A DNA stretch of 46,577 nt from Candidatus Krumholzibacteriales bacterium (lineage in GTDB: Bacteria > Krumholzibacteriota > Krumholzibacteriia > Krumholzibacteriales > WJIX01): assembly GCA_046483305.1 (NCBI GenBank), contig JAWODM010000027.1, positions 1 to 46,577 on the forward strand, read 5' to 3'. The number at the start of each line of letters is the position of its first letter. The first letter of the stretch is position 1. The position numbers and the translations under genes were made by a program. Below the pieces are notes generated by a model. It saw only the letters and a program-made list of their open reading frames with translations, had not been told where the DNA came from and did no database searches. This document shows positions 27,213 through 37,774 of this stretch, in pieces.

Positions 27213-28682
27213 ATGGATAACGCCCGACCAATTCGCTCAAGGGTCTTATTTATATCTGTGCTGACTATCGCGGTGCTTATAACTCTTTTCCCATGGTTTT
27301 TTACCACCCGAATAGAATCCCGCGTGTACCCCGATTGGGACTGGGAAAACGGACAGAGGACACTGAGGATATGCCTGGAAAACTCCAGCAAGTGCCCTGA
27401 TAATCTGGCTGATTCACTGCAGCAGGCGATAGATAACTGGAACGAGAAGCTGGTCAGCTGGGAGCTTATTTACACGGAAGACTGCGAGGAAGCGGATATA
27501 ACGGTAAAGTGTGGAGGTATAAGCAGTCTGGGAAAGATCAGGGCCCAGCCCGACCAGAACGGGAGGATATCTGAGGCCGAGATAAGGGTTGGCGCTAAGG
27601 GGACAGTCAATTGGGGATACTGCGATGACGCTCATGAAGTAGTGCAGGTATTGCAGCACGAACTGGGGCATGCCATGCGTCTTGCCCATGGAGACCGCGA
27701 CGATACCATGTGGGAAGGTTCCAGGTACAGGCCAAGGGGTCATACCAAACCTATCAGTCCGGACGACTCCACCGAAGCGGCAACCTCGGACGGAAACCAG
27801 AACGCCGATGTGGAGACCGACAGTCCCGGGACCACCAGGGGAGTTGATTACAACGGCGTGATAACACCGGCTCCGGGAACACAACCCTTTAATTTTGTGG
27901 ATGCTATCGAAATTGACTTTCAGGCCTACCGGCCGGATGCTCTTAACATATTTTCCTGGTCGGTGATCGGCAATGATGCGCTGTCCTGGAATGGCCATGC
28001 CCTACCGCACGCCGATGATACAGAGGCTTTCAAACTTTACATAACCTATCCGGAGAGTACGACGGTTAGGCAGGGGTATATCTTCGTGGTGGACCCCGGC
28101 TGGGATATGTTATGGCGCCCTACTGCCATTGCCCCGCCGGATACCGTAATCGGCGGGCCCGATACGCTTGCGGTCCTGTATGATACTCTCAGCGTTCATC
28201 CGGCGGGACGGGATGTGGTTGATTTCTGGTGGATGATCGACGATGAAGTTATGATACTGGGCGATTCGGTAATAACCACCGGCTTGAGCCCTGGACAGCA
28301 TTTCGCAGTTCTTCATGCTCTTGACCACGCTGGATTCAGGGACACCGACACCATGCTTATATTCGTTGAAGAGTATACCGATGCAGGCGAAACGCCGCCG
28401 GTGGGCAGCTATCTTAACCATACCTATCCCAATCCATTTAATCCCAGCGCTACCATTGAATTCGGGATTGAAGAGCGCTCGCATGTCTCCATTAAGATCT
28501 ATAACACAGCTGGACAGCTGGTAAAAACACTCTGCGACAGGAAAATGGAGCCTTCGGTCAGGCACACTCTTACCTGGAACGGATTTAATGACAGGGGACA
28601 GCGGGTATCAAGCGGCGTTTACTACTGCAGAATGGTTGCCGCAGGTTTTTCCGCCTCAAGGAAACTGGTGCTTCTGAAATAG
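27213..28682 (+). CDS. Secreted matrixin-like (metzincin) Zn metalloprotease with C-terminal T9SS type A / FlgD Ig-like domain
   Basis: HELGHAMRLAH + DTMW Met-turn; C-terminal YPNPFNP...IYNTAGQLVKTL...WNG...SSGVYY...KLVLLK. Confidence 0.82.
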   Translation: MDNARPIRSRVLFISVLTIAVLITLFPWFFTTRIESRVYPDWDWENGQRTLRICLENSSKCPDNLADSLQQAIDNWNEKLVSWELIYTEDCEEADITVKCGGISSLGKIRAQPDQNGRISEAEIRVGAKGTVNWGYCDDAHEVVQVLQHELGHAMRLAHGDRDDTMWEGSRYRPRGHTKPISPDDSTEAATSDGNQNADVETDSPGTTRGVDYNGVITPAPGTQPFNFVDAIEIDFQAYRPDALNIFSWSVIGNDALSWNGHALPHADDTEAFKLYITYPESTTVRQGYIFVVDPGWDMLWRPTAIAPPDTVIGGPDTLAVLYDTLSVHPAGRDVVDFWWMIDDEVMILGDSVITTGLSPGQHFAVLHALDHAGFRDTDTMLIFVEEYTDAGETPPVGSYLNHTYPNPFNPSATIEFGIEERSHVSIKIYNTAGQLVKTLCDRKMEPSVRHTLTWNGFNDRGQRVSSGVYYCRMVAAGFSASRKLVLLK

Positions 28683-28796
28683 TTTATCCAAATAAAGCTG
28701 TAGACCTCTGCCGCTGAATCCCTTATATTATACAAAGCCACGGGTGCAGCAGAAATAAGAGTATACATGGAATTGGTAATATGTCAGGAATTTGTG

Positions 28797-28824
28797 TTGA
28801 CATTTTTTTTTATAAATTTATAAA
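28797..28824 (+). promoter_or_regulatory. Putative sigma70 promoter with T9 tract in the spacer
   Basis: TTGACA-T9-ATAAATT-TATAAA (16-nt spacer). Confidence 0.45.
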
Positions 28825-28872
28825 TAGTAGAAATCCCGGATGTTAATGATATTCTGATACAGTGAGGGAGGT

Positions 28873-29568
28873 TTGCCGGTGAGGGTTATATTCAGAGCGA
28901 ATATCTTTTCGAAAGCGATAACGCTGATAGTGCTGGTTTGTCTATTTACATCCTTTTCGGTTTCGAGTTCCCCCAAGAAAACCGGTGAACATATATCAAC
29001 CAACCTGCGGATACTGCGCGATATATCGCTTAAGGCCTTCGATGAGATAATGGATAATATGTTCAATATTGAGAAGGGAAGCAGTGTTCTTCTGATGAAG
29101 GACCGGGGCGTGGGAGATATTGACTTTGTGCTGGATAACATAATCCTGAAAACTCTTAACGATGAAGGGCTGCGGGTAAGGGAGAGGTTGGAGAAGAAGG
29201 AAGGGGAAACAGTAAATCCAGATTATATCCTTAAATATCAGATAGTTAATATGACATTATCATATCCGGATATCGGCAGAAACTGGCTGATTGGCGAAAA
29301 GGAAGTGGAGCGGCTGGCCGAGATCAGTCTTTTTGTTCAGCTGGTGGACGGTGAAACCGGTGACACCGTCTGGATTGGCGAGGCAGAAAAGAAATTTAAT
29401 GACGTCATACCGCATTCCCTTCTGGATAGAGTGGAAGATCAGCAGTATGCGTTCACCAGGCCGGAGAGAGATGAGTGGACCTGGACCAGCTTTATAGAAC
29501 CGGTGGTAGTAACCGGGATAGTTACCGGCCTGGTATATCTGTTCTTCTCCAATCAATCCAATGAGTAA
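28873..29568 (+). CDS. Hypothetical exported protein with C-terminal hydrophobic helix
   Basis: GGAGG SD, N-terminal signal, C-terminal EPVVVTGIVTGLVYLFFS. Confidence 0.75.
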   Translation: MPVRVIFRANIFSKAITLIVLVCLFTSFSVSSSPKKTGEHISTNLRILRDISLKAFDEIMDNMFNIEKGSSVLLMKDRGVGDIDFVLDNIILKTLNDEGLRVRERLEKKEGETVNPDYILKYQIVNMTLSYPDIGRNWLIGEKEVERLAEISLFVQLVDGETGDTVWIGEAEKKFNDVIPHSLLDRVEDQQYAFTRPERDEWTWTSFIEPVVVTGIVTGLVYLFFSNQSNE

Positions 29569-30490
29569 TTTTGATTTCAGCAGAATATCAGCGATACAGC
29601 TGACTGTGTTAACCCTTTTTCTTGCGGGATTACTATGCTCCTGCGAGGAGAAAACCGTGGTGGAAAAGGTGGCGGAAGAATACCGCAAGGGTAACTACAG
29701 AGAGGCGGCATTTCTGGTAAGGCACCATATTTACAAGGGCGGAGAACCGGCCCCCGAGCTTCTCTTTTACGCCGGAAGATCCCTGCTGAAGCTGGGCATA
29801 GAGGGAGAGGCCGAAGATTATTTCTCTCAGCTTTACAGCGCGGACAGCAGCTGGGCCCCCAGGATAGCCGGAATGTACAAAAAGATTGCGATGGATTACC
29901 TGCAGGAAGGTAATACTGGCAGGGGCAGGCAGTATATCAGGAGAACTCTGCTGTATGACCGTTCTGCTGATTTTGGACAGTATAACAATATTGCCGGAAA
30001 GGTTCTCCTTGAACAGGGCGAACCGGATGAGGCCTCCGTTTATCTGGAAGAGTATATATCCGATTATCCTGACTCGGCAGGAGCGGCTGAAGTACTTCTT
30101 GACCTCAGCTCCGCCTACCGGGAGGCGGGAGAGTATACCAGGGCGATAGAAGGGTACCGGCAGCTGATAGACCGGTATCCCAGAAGCCGGCTGGTCTCCA
30201 CCGCCAGATGGAATTTCGAGGAGCTCTCCATCAGAGAAGCCGGGAAGGCCATGGAGGCCGGAGAGCTGGAAGCGGCCAGGAATATCCTGGCCCCGCTGAC
30301 TTCTTCGAGCAGCAGCAACCTGATAAGGGTAAGGGCGCATTTCATGCTCGGAGAGATCTGCAGGGAGCAGGGTTTCATCGGCCGGGCCGTATCGAACTAT
30401 AAACAGGTGTTGAGGCTGAATCTCGGATCGAGCGGAAGGTACGCGGAACGAGCAAAGGAAAGGATAGAGCAACTTGATAAATTACGGTAA
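29561..30490 (+). CDS. TPR lipoprotein (BamD/YfiO-like repeats)
   Basis: Lipobox LLCS-C; TPR units, e.g. YRQLIDRYPRS. Confidence 0.8.
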   Translation: MSNFDFSRISAIQLTVLTLFLAGLLCSCEEKTVVEKVAEEYRKGNYREAAFLVRHHIYKGGEPAPELLFYAGRSLLKLGIEGEAEDYFSQLYSADSSWAPRIAGMYKKIAMDYLQEGNTGRGRQYIRRTLLYDRSADFGQYNNIAGKVLLEQGEPDEASVYLEEYISDYPDSAGAAEVLLDLSSAYREAGEYTRAIEGYRQLIDRYPRSRLVSTARWNFEELSIREAGKAMEAGELEAARNILAPLTSSSSSNLIRVRAHFMLGEICREQGFIGRAVSNYKQVLRLNLGSSGRYAERAKERIEQLDKLR

Positions 30491-31253
30491 GAACCTGATA
30501 ATAACGGCTGCAATAATATTCCTGATATCTTCCTGCGGAGGGCCTTATACCGCCAAAGTGGTCAATCAGCCATCCAGGAAGCTGGCGATCGCGGACAGGC
30601 TGTTCGCCGGGGAGAAGTATCAGGAAGCCGCTGTCGAATACAAGGATTACCTGGCGGTTTTCGCCGGGGACGAGAGGAATGACTACGCCCAGTTCCAGCT
30701 GGCCGAATGCTACAGGATGGATGAGGACTACCCGCTGGCCGCGGTGGAATACCGGGTTCTGATTAATGATTACGGTTACAGTGCCTACGTTGATGATGCC
30801 TTCTACCTGGAAGCGTTATGCTATTTCAAGCAGTCCAGGAGGGTGGAAAGGGACCAGACCAGGACGCTGGAGGCAAGAAACAAACTTATCCGTTTCCTCA
30901 GGTTCTTTCCACGGAGCGACCGCCGCGAAGATGCCGAGGAGCTTCTGAAAGAGATCAATGATAAACTGGCCGAGAAGAAATTCATTGCCGGAAAGCTGTA
31001 CTACGATCGCGAGCACTATTCCGCATCAGATATATACTTTGAGAAAACCGTTGACCTCTATCCGGAAACGGTCTGGGCGGTCAGAAGCAAATACTACATG
31101 GGAAGGATCCGGGAGTCGGAGGGAGAATTGAGCCAGGCCGCGCAGATGTACAGGGAAGTGATGAATTCAGGGATGGATAAAATCGGCGAGGAGCGGGAGA
31201 AGGCGGAGGCCCGGTTACGGAAGATCTCCGGGGAACTCTCTGATGAGCAGTAA
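30474..31253 (+). CDS. bamD: Outer membrane protein assembly factor BamD
   Basis: Lipobox ISS-C; RDQTRT motif, KLAEKKFIAGKLY, YfiO-type TPRs. Confidence 0.85.
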   Translation: MINYGKNLIITAAIIFLISSCGGPYTAKVVNQPSRKLAIADRLFAGEKYQEAAVEYKDYLAVFAGDERNDYAQFQLAECYRMDEDYPLAAVEYRVLINDYGYSAYVDDAFYLEALCYFKQSRRVERDQTRTLEARNKLIRFLRFFPRSDRREDAEELLKEINDKLAEKKFIAGKLYYDREHYSASDIYFEKTVDLYPETVWAVRSKYYMGRIRESEGELSQAAQMYREVMNSGMDKIGEEREKAEARLRKISGELSDEQ

Positions 31254-31839
31254 AATCGAAAAGATCGGCCTGTTCGGAGGCTCCTTTGATCCCGTTCATA
31301 ACGGACACCTCGCTCTGGCTGAAAGAGCAGCGGAATTCGCCGGGCTGGAAAGGGTGCTGTTTATCCCTACCGCCAATCCGCCGCACAAGACAGGCAGAAA
31401 GCTGACCGGATTCGATGCCAGAAGAAGGATGGTGGAACTGGCGATAGAGGGCTGCCCCGCTTTTGAGCTTTCCCTGTTCGAGAAGAAGGAGCGGGTGGCA
31501 TACACCTGTGAATCGGTGGAGTACTTCAGGGATAAGGGGTATCCCAGGGAAAAACTTCATTATCTGATGGGAGGCGACTCGCTGGCGGAGATCTCAGAAT
31601 GGAAGAAGCCGGAAGTGATATTCAAATACGCCACCGTTGTTTCACTCAGCAGGCCGGGTTACTCGGGCATTGCGCCGTTTCCGCCTGATGCCGCGGTTAT
31701 CATCATAAACCGGGGAAAATGCGCGGTATCATCGACCGCGGTAAGAGAAGCGGTCCGGGAGGGCGCTTCGATAAACGAGATGGTCCCGGCCGGGGTAGAA
31801 GAATTCATAAGAGAGAATTCGCTGTATACCAGGGAATAG
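31243..31839 (+). CDS. nadD: Nicotinate-nucleotide adenylyltransferase
   Basis: FGGSFDPVHNGH, PPHK, MGGDSL...W, VSSTAVR. Confidence 0.95.
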   Translation: MSSKIEKIGLFGGSFDPVHNGHLALAERAAEFAGLERVLFIPTANPPHKTGRKLTGFDARRRMVELAIEGCPAFELSLFEKKERVAYTCESVEYFRDKGYPREKLHYLMGGDSLAEISEWKKPEVIFKYATVVSLSRPGYSGIAPFPPDAAVIIINRGKCAVSSTAVREAVREGASINEMVPAGVEEFIRENSLYTRE

Positions 31840-31844
31840 AAGTC

Positions 31845-34532
31845 ATGGAACTTATTCTCATAGACGGGCACGCAATGGCTTACCGGGCTTATTACGCCAT
31901 GATAAGGTCTCCGTTGACCAACTCCAGGGGGGAGAACACCAGCGCGGTATTCGGTTTCGCCAGAGTTATCATTCAGATATTGAATAAATATGATCCTGAC
32001 CACATGGTGGTTGTATTCGACTCCGGCGAACCTACCGACAGGCACCGGATCTTCCCGGAGTACAAAGCGAACAGGAAACCGATGCCTGATGATATGGTAT
32101 ATCAGATTCCGGTCATTCAGTCCCTTCTGGAGGCGATGGGTATCCCGGTGGTGATCACCCCGGGATACGAAGCGGACGATATTATAGCGACTCTGGCCCG
32201 CAGCGAATCCGGGCGGGGGAACCGGGTGAGGATAATCAGCGGAGACAAGGACCTCTTTCAGCTCCTTTCGGACAGTGTAAAGATGGTCCGGCCCTCCAGG
32301 GGGGTGAATCTCTCCAACGAGGTTGGTCCGGAATACCTTCAGGATAAGTTCGGGCTGGCCCCGGAGCAGATTACAGACTATCTGGCCCTGAAGGGGGACA
32401 GTTCCGATAATATACCGGGGGTATCCGGTATTGGAGAGAAAACCGCCCTCAAGCTCCTCTCTGAGTTCGGCTCTCTGGATAATATACTGGAAGATATTGA
32501 GAACGTGCAACCGAAGCATGTGCGGGAGAAGCTCAGGAAGGGCAGAGAGGACGCCCTTCTGTCCAGAGAACTTGTCCGGCTCCGCGATGTTCCGGGGGAC
32601 TTCTCCCTGGAGGATATGGAGATCGGAGAGAAAGACAGGGAAAAGCTCACCGACCTGCTGCTGGACCTGGATTTCAACCAGTTCATCTCCGAGCTGATCC
32701 CGGAGAGCCAGGAGCAGCGTGAGACCGAATATACCCTGGTAGAGGAGGATGGAATAGATAAGCTGGTTGCATACCTCAGGAAAAAGGGCGGTTTCGTTCT
32801 GGATGTGGAGACCACCTCGCTCTCCCCGATGGAGGCTGAGCTGGTCGGTATCTCTTTCTGCTCCGAGGAAGGCAGGGCGTTCTATCTCCCGGTCGGCGGA
32901 AATGGAGGCGGCAGCCTGTTCGAGACTGGCCACGGCATATCGCCCGGGCTTCTTAAGGAGAAACTCGATGGACTGCTCCTGGATCAATCTCTCTGGAAGA
33001 CCGGCCATAACATAAAGTACGACCTGATAGTCCTGCGAAACGCCGGCATGGAGGTCAGGGGGGTGGATTTTGATACCATGGTAGCTTCCTATTGCCTGGA
33101 CCCGGCCCGCAGGTCCCATTCCCTGGACAACCTGGCGCTGGGGTACTGCCAGCACCGGATGATCCCCTTCCGGGAGCTTTTCGACAGCGGGGACCGGGAA
33201 AAGGATATCCGCAAGGTCCCCCTGGAAAGGCTCATGGATTACGCCTGCGAGGATTCCGATTATACCTTCCGGCTGAAGAAGATACTGGGGGGCATGATAG
33301 AGGGAACCGGAGCGGAGAAGTTGTTCCGGGATATAGAGATGCCACTGCTGTTCTCGCTGATGGATATGGAGGTCGCGGGGATAGAGATAGACCGCCGGCA
33401 GCTCGGGGAGCTGGAAGAGCACATCAGGGGCAGACTGGAGAATCTCGAGAAGAGGATTTATGAGGAGGCGGGAGAGGTTTTCAATATCAGGTCCAATCAG
33501 CAGCTTCAGACTATCCTGTTTGAAAAACTGGGGCTTCCGGTTGTAAGAAAGACCAAGACCGGTTATTCAACCGACATGAGAGTGCTGGAGCAGCTGGCCG
33601 AAGAACATCCGATAGCGGAGATGATAACAGAGCACCGCCAGCTCTCCAAGCTTCTTAATACCTATGTGGAAGTCCTGCCCCGGCTGGTCAACAGGAGGAC
33701 CGGGCGTATACATACTTCCTTCAACCAGACGGTGACCGCCACCGGCCGGCTCAGTTCCAGCAGCCCGAACCTTCAGAACATACCGATCCGCTCCGATATC
33801 GGAAGAGAGATCAGAAAGGCGTTCGTTCCGGAAAAGGGCTGTATACTGGTTGATGCAGATTACTCTCAGATAGAGCTGAGGATACTGGCGCATCTCTCTG
33901 GAGATCCCGGCCTGATCAAGGGATTCCGCGACGGGGCCGATATCCACACCAGGACCGCGGCCACCATTTTCGAAAAGCCCGAGAGCAAGGTTGAAAGCAG
34001 CGAGAGGGAAGCGGCCAAGACCATCAATTACGGGGTAATCTACGGCCAGGGCCCCAGGGCTCTCTCAAGCCAGATAGGGGTCAGTTTCGAAGAGGCCAGG
34101 TCCTTTATCGAAGACTACTTCGAGAAGTACAGCGGGGTCAGGGATTTCATAGAGAGCTGCAGGGAAAAGGCGGCGGAGAAAGGTTATGCCGAGACCATGT
34201 TCGGCAGGAGGCGCGGGCTGGAGAATATTGACAGCGATAACAACCGGCTGAAGAGCTTCGCCGAAAGGATAGCGGTGAATATGCCGATTCAGGGAACCGC
34301 GGCAGATATGATAAAGATCGCCATGATAAATATCGACAGGGCTATCCGTCAGCAGAAGCTCGGCGGCAGGATGATCCTTCAGGTGCACGATGAGCTGGTC
34401 TTTGAGGTACCGGAAGAAGAGAAGGAAAAGATGATGGAGCTGGTCAGAGGCAAGATGGAGGGAGCTGTGGAACTCAAAGTGCCCCTGATAGTGAGTATCG
34501 GTTCAGGGAGAAACTGGCTGGAGGCGCATTGA
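31845..34532 (+). CDS. polA: DNA polymerase I
   Basis: Start ATG 31845 (MELILIDGHAMAYRAYY); 5'-3' exo, intact 3'-5' exo motifs (DVET, HNIKYD, YACED), DYSQIELR, QVHDEL. Confidence 0.97.
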   Translation: MELILIDGHAMAYRAYYAMIRSPLTNSRGENTSAVFGFARVIIQILNKYDPDHMVVVFDSGEPTDRHRIFPEYKANRKPMPDDMVYQIPVIQSLLEAMGIPVVITPGYEADDIIATLARSESGRGNRVRIISGDKDLFQLLSDSVKMVRPSRGVNLSNEVGPEYLQDKFGLAPEQITDYLALKGDSSDNIPGVSGIGEKTALKLLSEFGSLDNILEDIENVQPKHVREKLRKGREDALLSRELVRLRDVPGDFSLEDMEIGEKDREKLTDLLLDLDFNQFISELIPESQEQRETEYTLVEEDGIDKLVAYLRKKGGFVLDVETTSLSPMEAELVGISFCSEEGRAFYLPVGGNGGGSLFETGHGISPGLLKEKLDGLLLDQSLWKTGHNIKYDLIVLRNAGMEVRGVDFDTMVASYCLDPARRSHSLDNLALGYCQHRMIPFRELFDSGDREKDIRKVPLERLMDYACEDSDYTFRLKKILGGMIEGTGAEKLFRDIEMPLLFSLMDMEVAGIEIDRRQLGELEEHIRGRLENLEKRIYEEAGEVFNIRSNQQLQTILFEKLGLPVVRKTKTGYSTDMRVLEQLAEEHPIAEMITEHRQLSKLLNTYVEVLPRLVNRRTGRIHTSFNQTVTATGRLSSSSPNLQNIPIRSDIGREIRKAFVPEKGCILVDADYSQIELRILAHLSGDPGLIKGFRDGADIHTRTAATIFEKPESKVESSEREAAKTINYGVIYGQGPRALSSQIGVSFEEARSFIEDYFEKYSGVRDFIESCREKAAEKGYAETMFGRRRGLENIDSDNNRLKSFAERIAVNMPIQGTAADMIKIAMINIDRAIRQQKLGGRMILQVHDELVFEVPEEEKEKMMELVRGKMEGAVELKVPLIVSIGSGRNWLEAH

Positions 34533-35134
34533 AACGTGTTCCCATAATTGTGGTGACCGGGGCTATCGCCTCGGGCAAGAGTACCGTGGCGGAGATCCTT
34601 GCCGGAGGTGGGGGCACACTGATTCAGGCGGACCAGCTTGCTCATAAAGCGCTTGAAATGGATGATGTAATCGATAGTATCAGAATGGAGTTCGGCGACA
34701 GGGCGATAACAGAATCAGGTACCGTTTCAAGAGGCGCGCTGGGCTCTATCGTACTGAACAACCGGGAGGAAATGGAGAAGCTCAACAGTATAGTCGAACC
34801 TGCGGTTACCGGTATAATAAATAGAGCGGTAGAAGAAGCCGCCGTGGATGCTGAATATATTGTTCTTGATGCGGTGCTCTTTTTTAAGTATACATTCCAA
34901 TTCAGGGAGGATCTGGTCATTGCCGCCGAAGCTTCCGAAGAGACCCGTATACAGAGGCTGATGCGGAGGAACGGGTTGACCAGGGAGGAGGCTGAATCCA
35001 GGGTAGCCGCGCAGAGGTACCTGTACCCGGGATGGGAGAGGTGCGATATGAGAATAGATACCGACAGGGGCCTCCGTCAGCTGAAGGCGGAGGTAGCCGA
35101 TATGAGAAATAAAATACTTGGTGACTTGATCTAA
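34529..35134 (+). CDS. coaE: Dephospho-CoA kinase
   Basis: VTGAIASGKST P-loop, RIQRLMRRNG; polA-coaE synteny. Confidence 0.92.
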   Translation: MKRVPIIVVTGAIASGKSTVAEILAGGGGTLIQADQLAHKALEMDDVIDSIRMEFGDRAITESGTVSRGALGSIVLNNREEMEKLNSIVEPAVTGIINRAVEEAAVDAEYIVLDAVLFFKYTFQFREDLVIAAEASEETRIQRLMRRNGLTREEAESRVAAQRYLYPGWERCDMRIDTDRGLRQLKAEVADMRNKILGDLI

Positions 35135-35153
35135 CAGCAATCCGGAGGCAATA

Positions 35154-36273
35154 ATGGATAAAGATATTAATATCAAGGGGATAAGCGAACAGGTCGAGGA
35201 GATAGAGGAAAGAATATCGCAGATAGAGGAGTATCTTTGACCTGGAAAAGTTAAAAAACAGAATATCTGAGATAGAAAAAAAGATGTCAAAGCAGGGGTT
35301 CTGGGACAACCGGGAGAGGGCGGAGAAAATGGTCAGGGAGCTCAAGAGGAACAAGAACGTAATCGACCCCTACGAATCGATATCGGAGGACCTGCAGAAT
35401 CTCCATGAGATCGTAACCATGTGCATGGAGGAGGAAGAATCCTCCCTGAAGGATGAAATGCTGCCGGAACTGGAAAGGATCGATAAGAAAATGGACCAGT
35501 TCGAGCTCCATGTCCTTCTCTCAGGCCCTCATGACGACGATAACGCCCTGATGAATATACACCCCGGAGCCGGCGGGACCGAATCCCAGGACTGGGCGGA
35601 GATGCTGCTGCGGCTGTACACCCGGTACCTGGAAAACAACGGTTACAAATACCGCATGCTGGACCTTCAGCCCGGGGACGAAGCGGGCATAAAGAACGCC
35701 CTTCTGGAGATAAGCGGGGATTACGCTTACGGGAGGCTTAAATCGGAGAGCGGGATACACCGGCTGGTACGGATATCTCCCTTCGACGCGGGAAACAGGA
35801 GGCACACTTCCTTCGCCTCGGTGTTTGTCTATCCGGAGATAGAGGAGGATATAGAGGTAGAGATCAAGCCTGACGATATCAGAGTGGACACCTACCGGGC
35901 AAGCGGAGCGGGAGGGCAGCACGTGAACAAGACATCATCGGCGGTACGGATAACCCACCATCCCACCGGGATAGTGGTGCAGTGCCAGGATGAGCGTTCC
36001 CAGCACCGGAACCGGGAGATGGCGATGAAGGTGCTCCGGTCCAGGATCTACTCCAGGCTCCTGGAAGAGGAGGAGGAAAAACAGGCAAAGATTGCCGGGG
36101 AGAAGAAGGATATATCCTGGGGTAATCAGATAAGAAGCTACGTATTCCACCCCTACAATATGGTCAAGGACCACCGCACCGAGATTAAAACCGGCAACGT
36201 GGACGCGGTAATGAACGGAGATATTGACGAGTTCATAGAAGCGTTTCTGAGATGGAAAGGAAGGAAGAGATAA
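35154..36273 (+). CDS. prfB: Peptide chain release factor 2 (programmed +1 frameshift, 372 aa)
   Basis: ATG 35154 with GGAGG SD, 28 codons to CTT TGA C, then the +1 frame joins ORF 35284; SPF and GGQ motifs. Confidence 0.96.
35226..35241 (+). promoter_or_regulatory. prfB +1 frameshift cassette
   Basis: GAGGAG TAT CTT TGA C: internal SD + CTT TGA C. Confidence 0.95.
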
Positions 36274-36274
36274 A

Positions 36275-37762
36275 GTGTCAAGCAAAGGAACCGAAAACGA
36301 GGGGATCAGGGAGCGGGAAATCAGAATAGAGAAGCTCAAAAATATCAGGGAAATGGGAGTCAATCCGTACAGGTACAGTTACAGCAGGACCCACACCCTG
36401 GCGGAGATAATCGATAACTCCGAAGCCCTTATCGAATCCGAAGAGGAAGTCTCTGTAGCGGGCAGAATCATGGCGATAAGGGGGCATGGGCATACCTCAT
36501 TCGGAGACCTCAAGGATGGAAGCGGTTCCATGCAGTTCTATATCAAGGACGAGGTGGTCCCCGAGGATCAGTTCAAGCTGTTCCGGCTTATGGATATAGG
36601 TGATTTCATGGGGATTACGGGCGCGGTTTTCAAAACACGCACCGGCGAACTTACCGTTAAGGTCAGCAGGCTGGAGCTTCTCAGCAAGGCGATCCTGCCG
36701 CTTCCGGAGAAATATCACGGGCTTCAGGACAAGGAGCTGAGGTACCGGAGAAGGTACCTGGACCTGATAGTCAACGACGAGGTTAAAGAGGTCTTCATAA
36801 AGAGGTCCCGGATCATCGACAGCATGCGGGATTTCCTGCGCGCCCGCGGCTTCCTCGAGGTGGAGACCCCGGTCCTTCAGCCGATCTACGGAGGAGCGAG
36901 CGCGCGGCCCTTCGTCACCCACCACAATACCCTGGATATGGACCTCTATCTGAGGATCGCGGACGAACTTTATCTCAAGAGGCTTGTCGTGGGTGGGATG
37001 GAGCGGGTATTCGAGTTCTCCAGGGACTTCAGGAACGAGGGGATGGACCGGTCTCACAACCCGGAATTTACCATGATGGAATGTTATGCCGCCTACTGGG
37101 ACTACAACGATATGATAGATTTCCTGGAGGAGATGGTATCTTCGATCTGCCGCGGGGTAACCGGAAAAGATGTTATATCCTACGGAGAGCATGAGATAGA
37201 CCTGAGCCGTCCCTGGAAGAAGCTCTCCTTCTACCAGGCGCTGCAGGATAAGACCGGCGAGGACCTCCGGGGAGCCGGCCTCGATAAGCTCAATAGTGTG
37301 GCGGACAGAGCCGGCCTGAAGCTGGAAGAGAACGCCTCCGGGGCGGCGGTCCTGGATGCGCTTTTCTCCGAGCTGGTGGAGCCGGGCCTGATTCAGCCGA
37401 CCTTCATAATAGACCATCCCAAGGAGATATCGCCTCTGGCCAAGTCGCACCGGGAGCTGCCGGGAGTGGTGGAGCGTTTCGAGCCATACATAGCGGGTTT
37501 TGAGATAGCGAACGCCTTCAGCGAGCTGAATGACCCCCTGGAGCAGCGGCAGCGGTTTGCGAAGCAGTTTGAAGAGCGGGATGAGATAGAGGGGGAGAAG
37601 CACCCCATGGACGAGGATTTCCTCAGGGCGCTGGAGCACGGAATGCCGCCCACCGGAGGGCTGGGTGTTGGGATCGACCGGCTGGTAATGCTGCTGACCG
37701 ACTCTCATTCAATCCGCGATGTTATCCTGTTCCCGCAGATGAGGCCGGAAGAGGGCAGATAA
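36275..37762 (+). CDS. lysS: Lysine--tRNA ligase (class II)
   Basis: PLPEKYHGL, RYRRRYLDL, FRNEGMDRSHNPEF, GMPPTGGLGVGIDRL. Confidence 0.97.
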   Translation: MSSKGTENEGIREREIRIEKLKNIREMGVNPYRYSYSRTHTLAEIIDNSEALIESEEEVSVAGRIMAIRGHGHTSFGDLKDGSGSMQFYIKDEVVPEDQFKLFRLMDIGDFMGITGAVFKTRTGELTVKVSRLELLSKAILPLPEKYHGLQDKELRYRRRYLDLIVNDEVKEVFIKRSRIIDSMRDFLRARGFLEVETPVLQPIYGGASARPFVTHHNTLDMDLYLRIADELYLKRLVVGGMERVFEFSRDFRNEGMDRSHNPEFTMMECYAAYWDYNDMIDFLEEMVSSICRGVTGKDVISYGEHEIDLSRPWKKLSFYQALQDKTGEDLRGAGLDKLNSVADRAGLKLEENASGAAVLDALFSELVEPGLIQPTFIIDHPKEISPLAKSHRELPGVVERFEPYIAGFEIANAFSELNDPLEQRQRFAKQFEERDEIEGEKHPMDEDFLRALEHGMPPTGGLGVGIDRLVMLLTDSHSIRDVILFPQMRPEEGR

Positions 37763-37774
37763 GGAAAGGCTAAG

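Noticed and set aside
31719..31844. Upstream extension of polA overlapping nadD
   Set aside because: PolA homology starts at MELILIDG (31845).
31659..33422. 587-aa antisense ORF opposite polA (similar long antisense ORFs lie opposite rnc, accC, lysS and clpC)
   Set aside because: Shadow ORFs expected from codon bias of the sense genes; no recognisable motifs, and they overlap conserved housekeeping genes.
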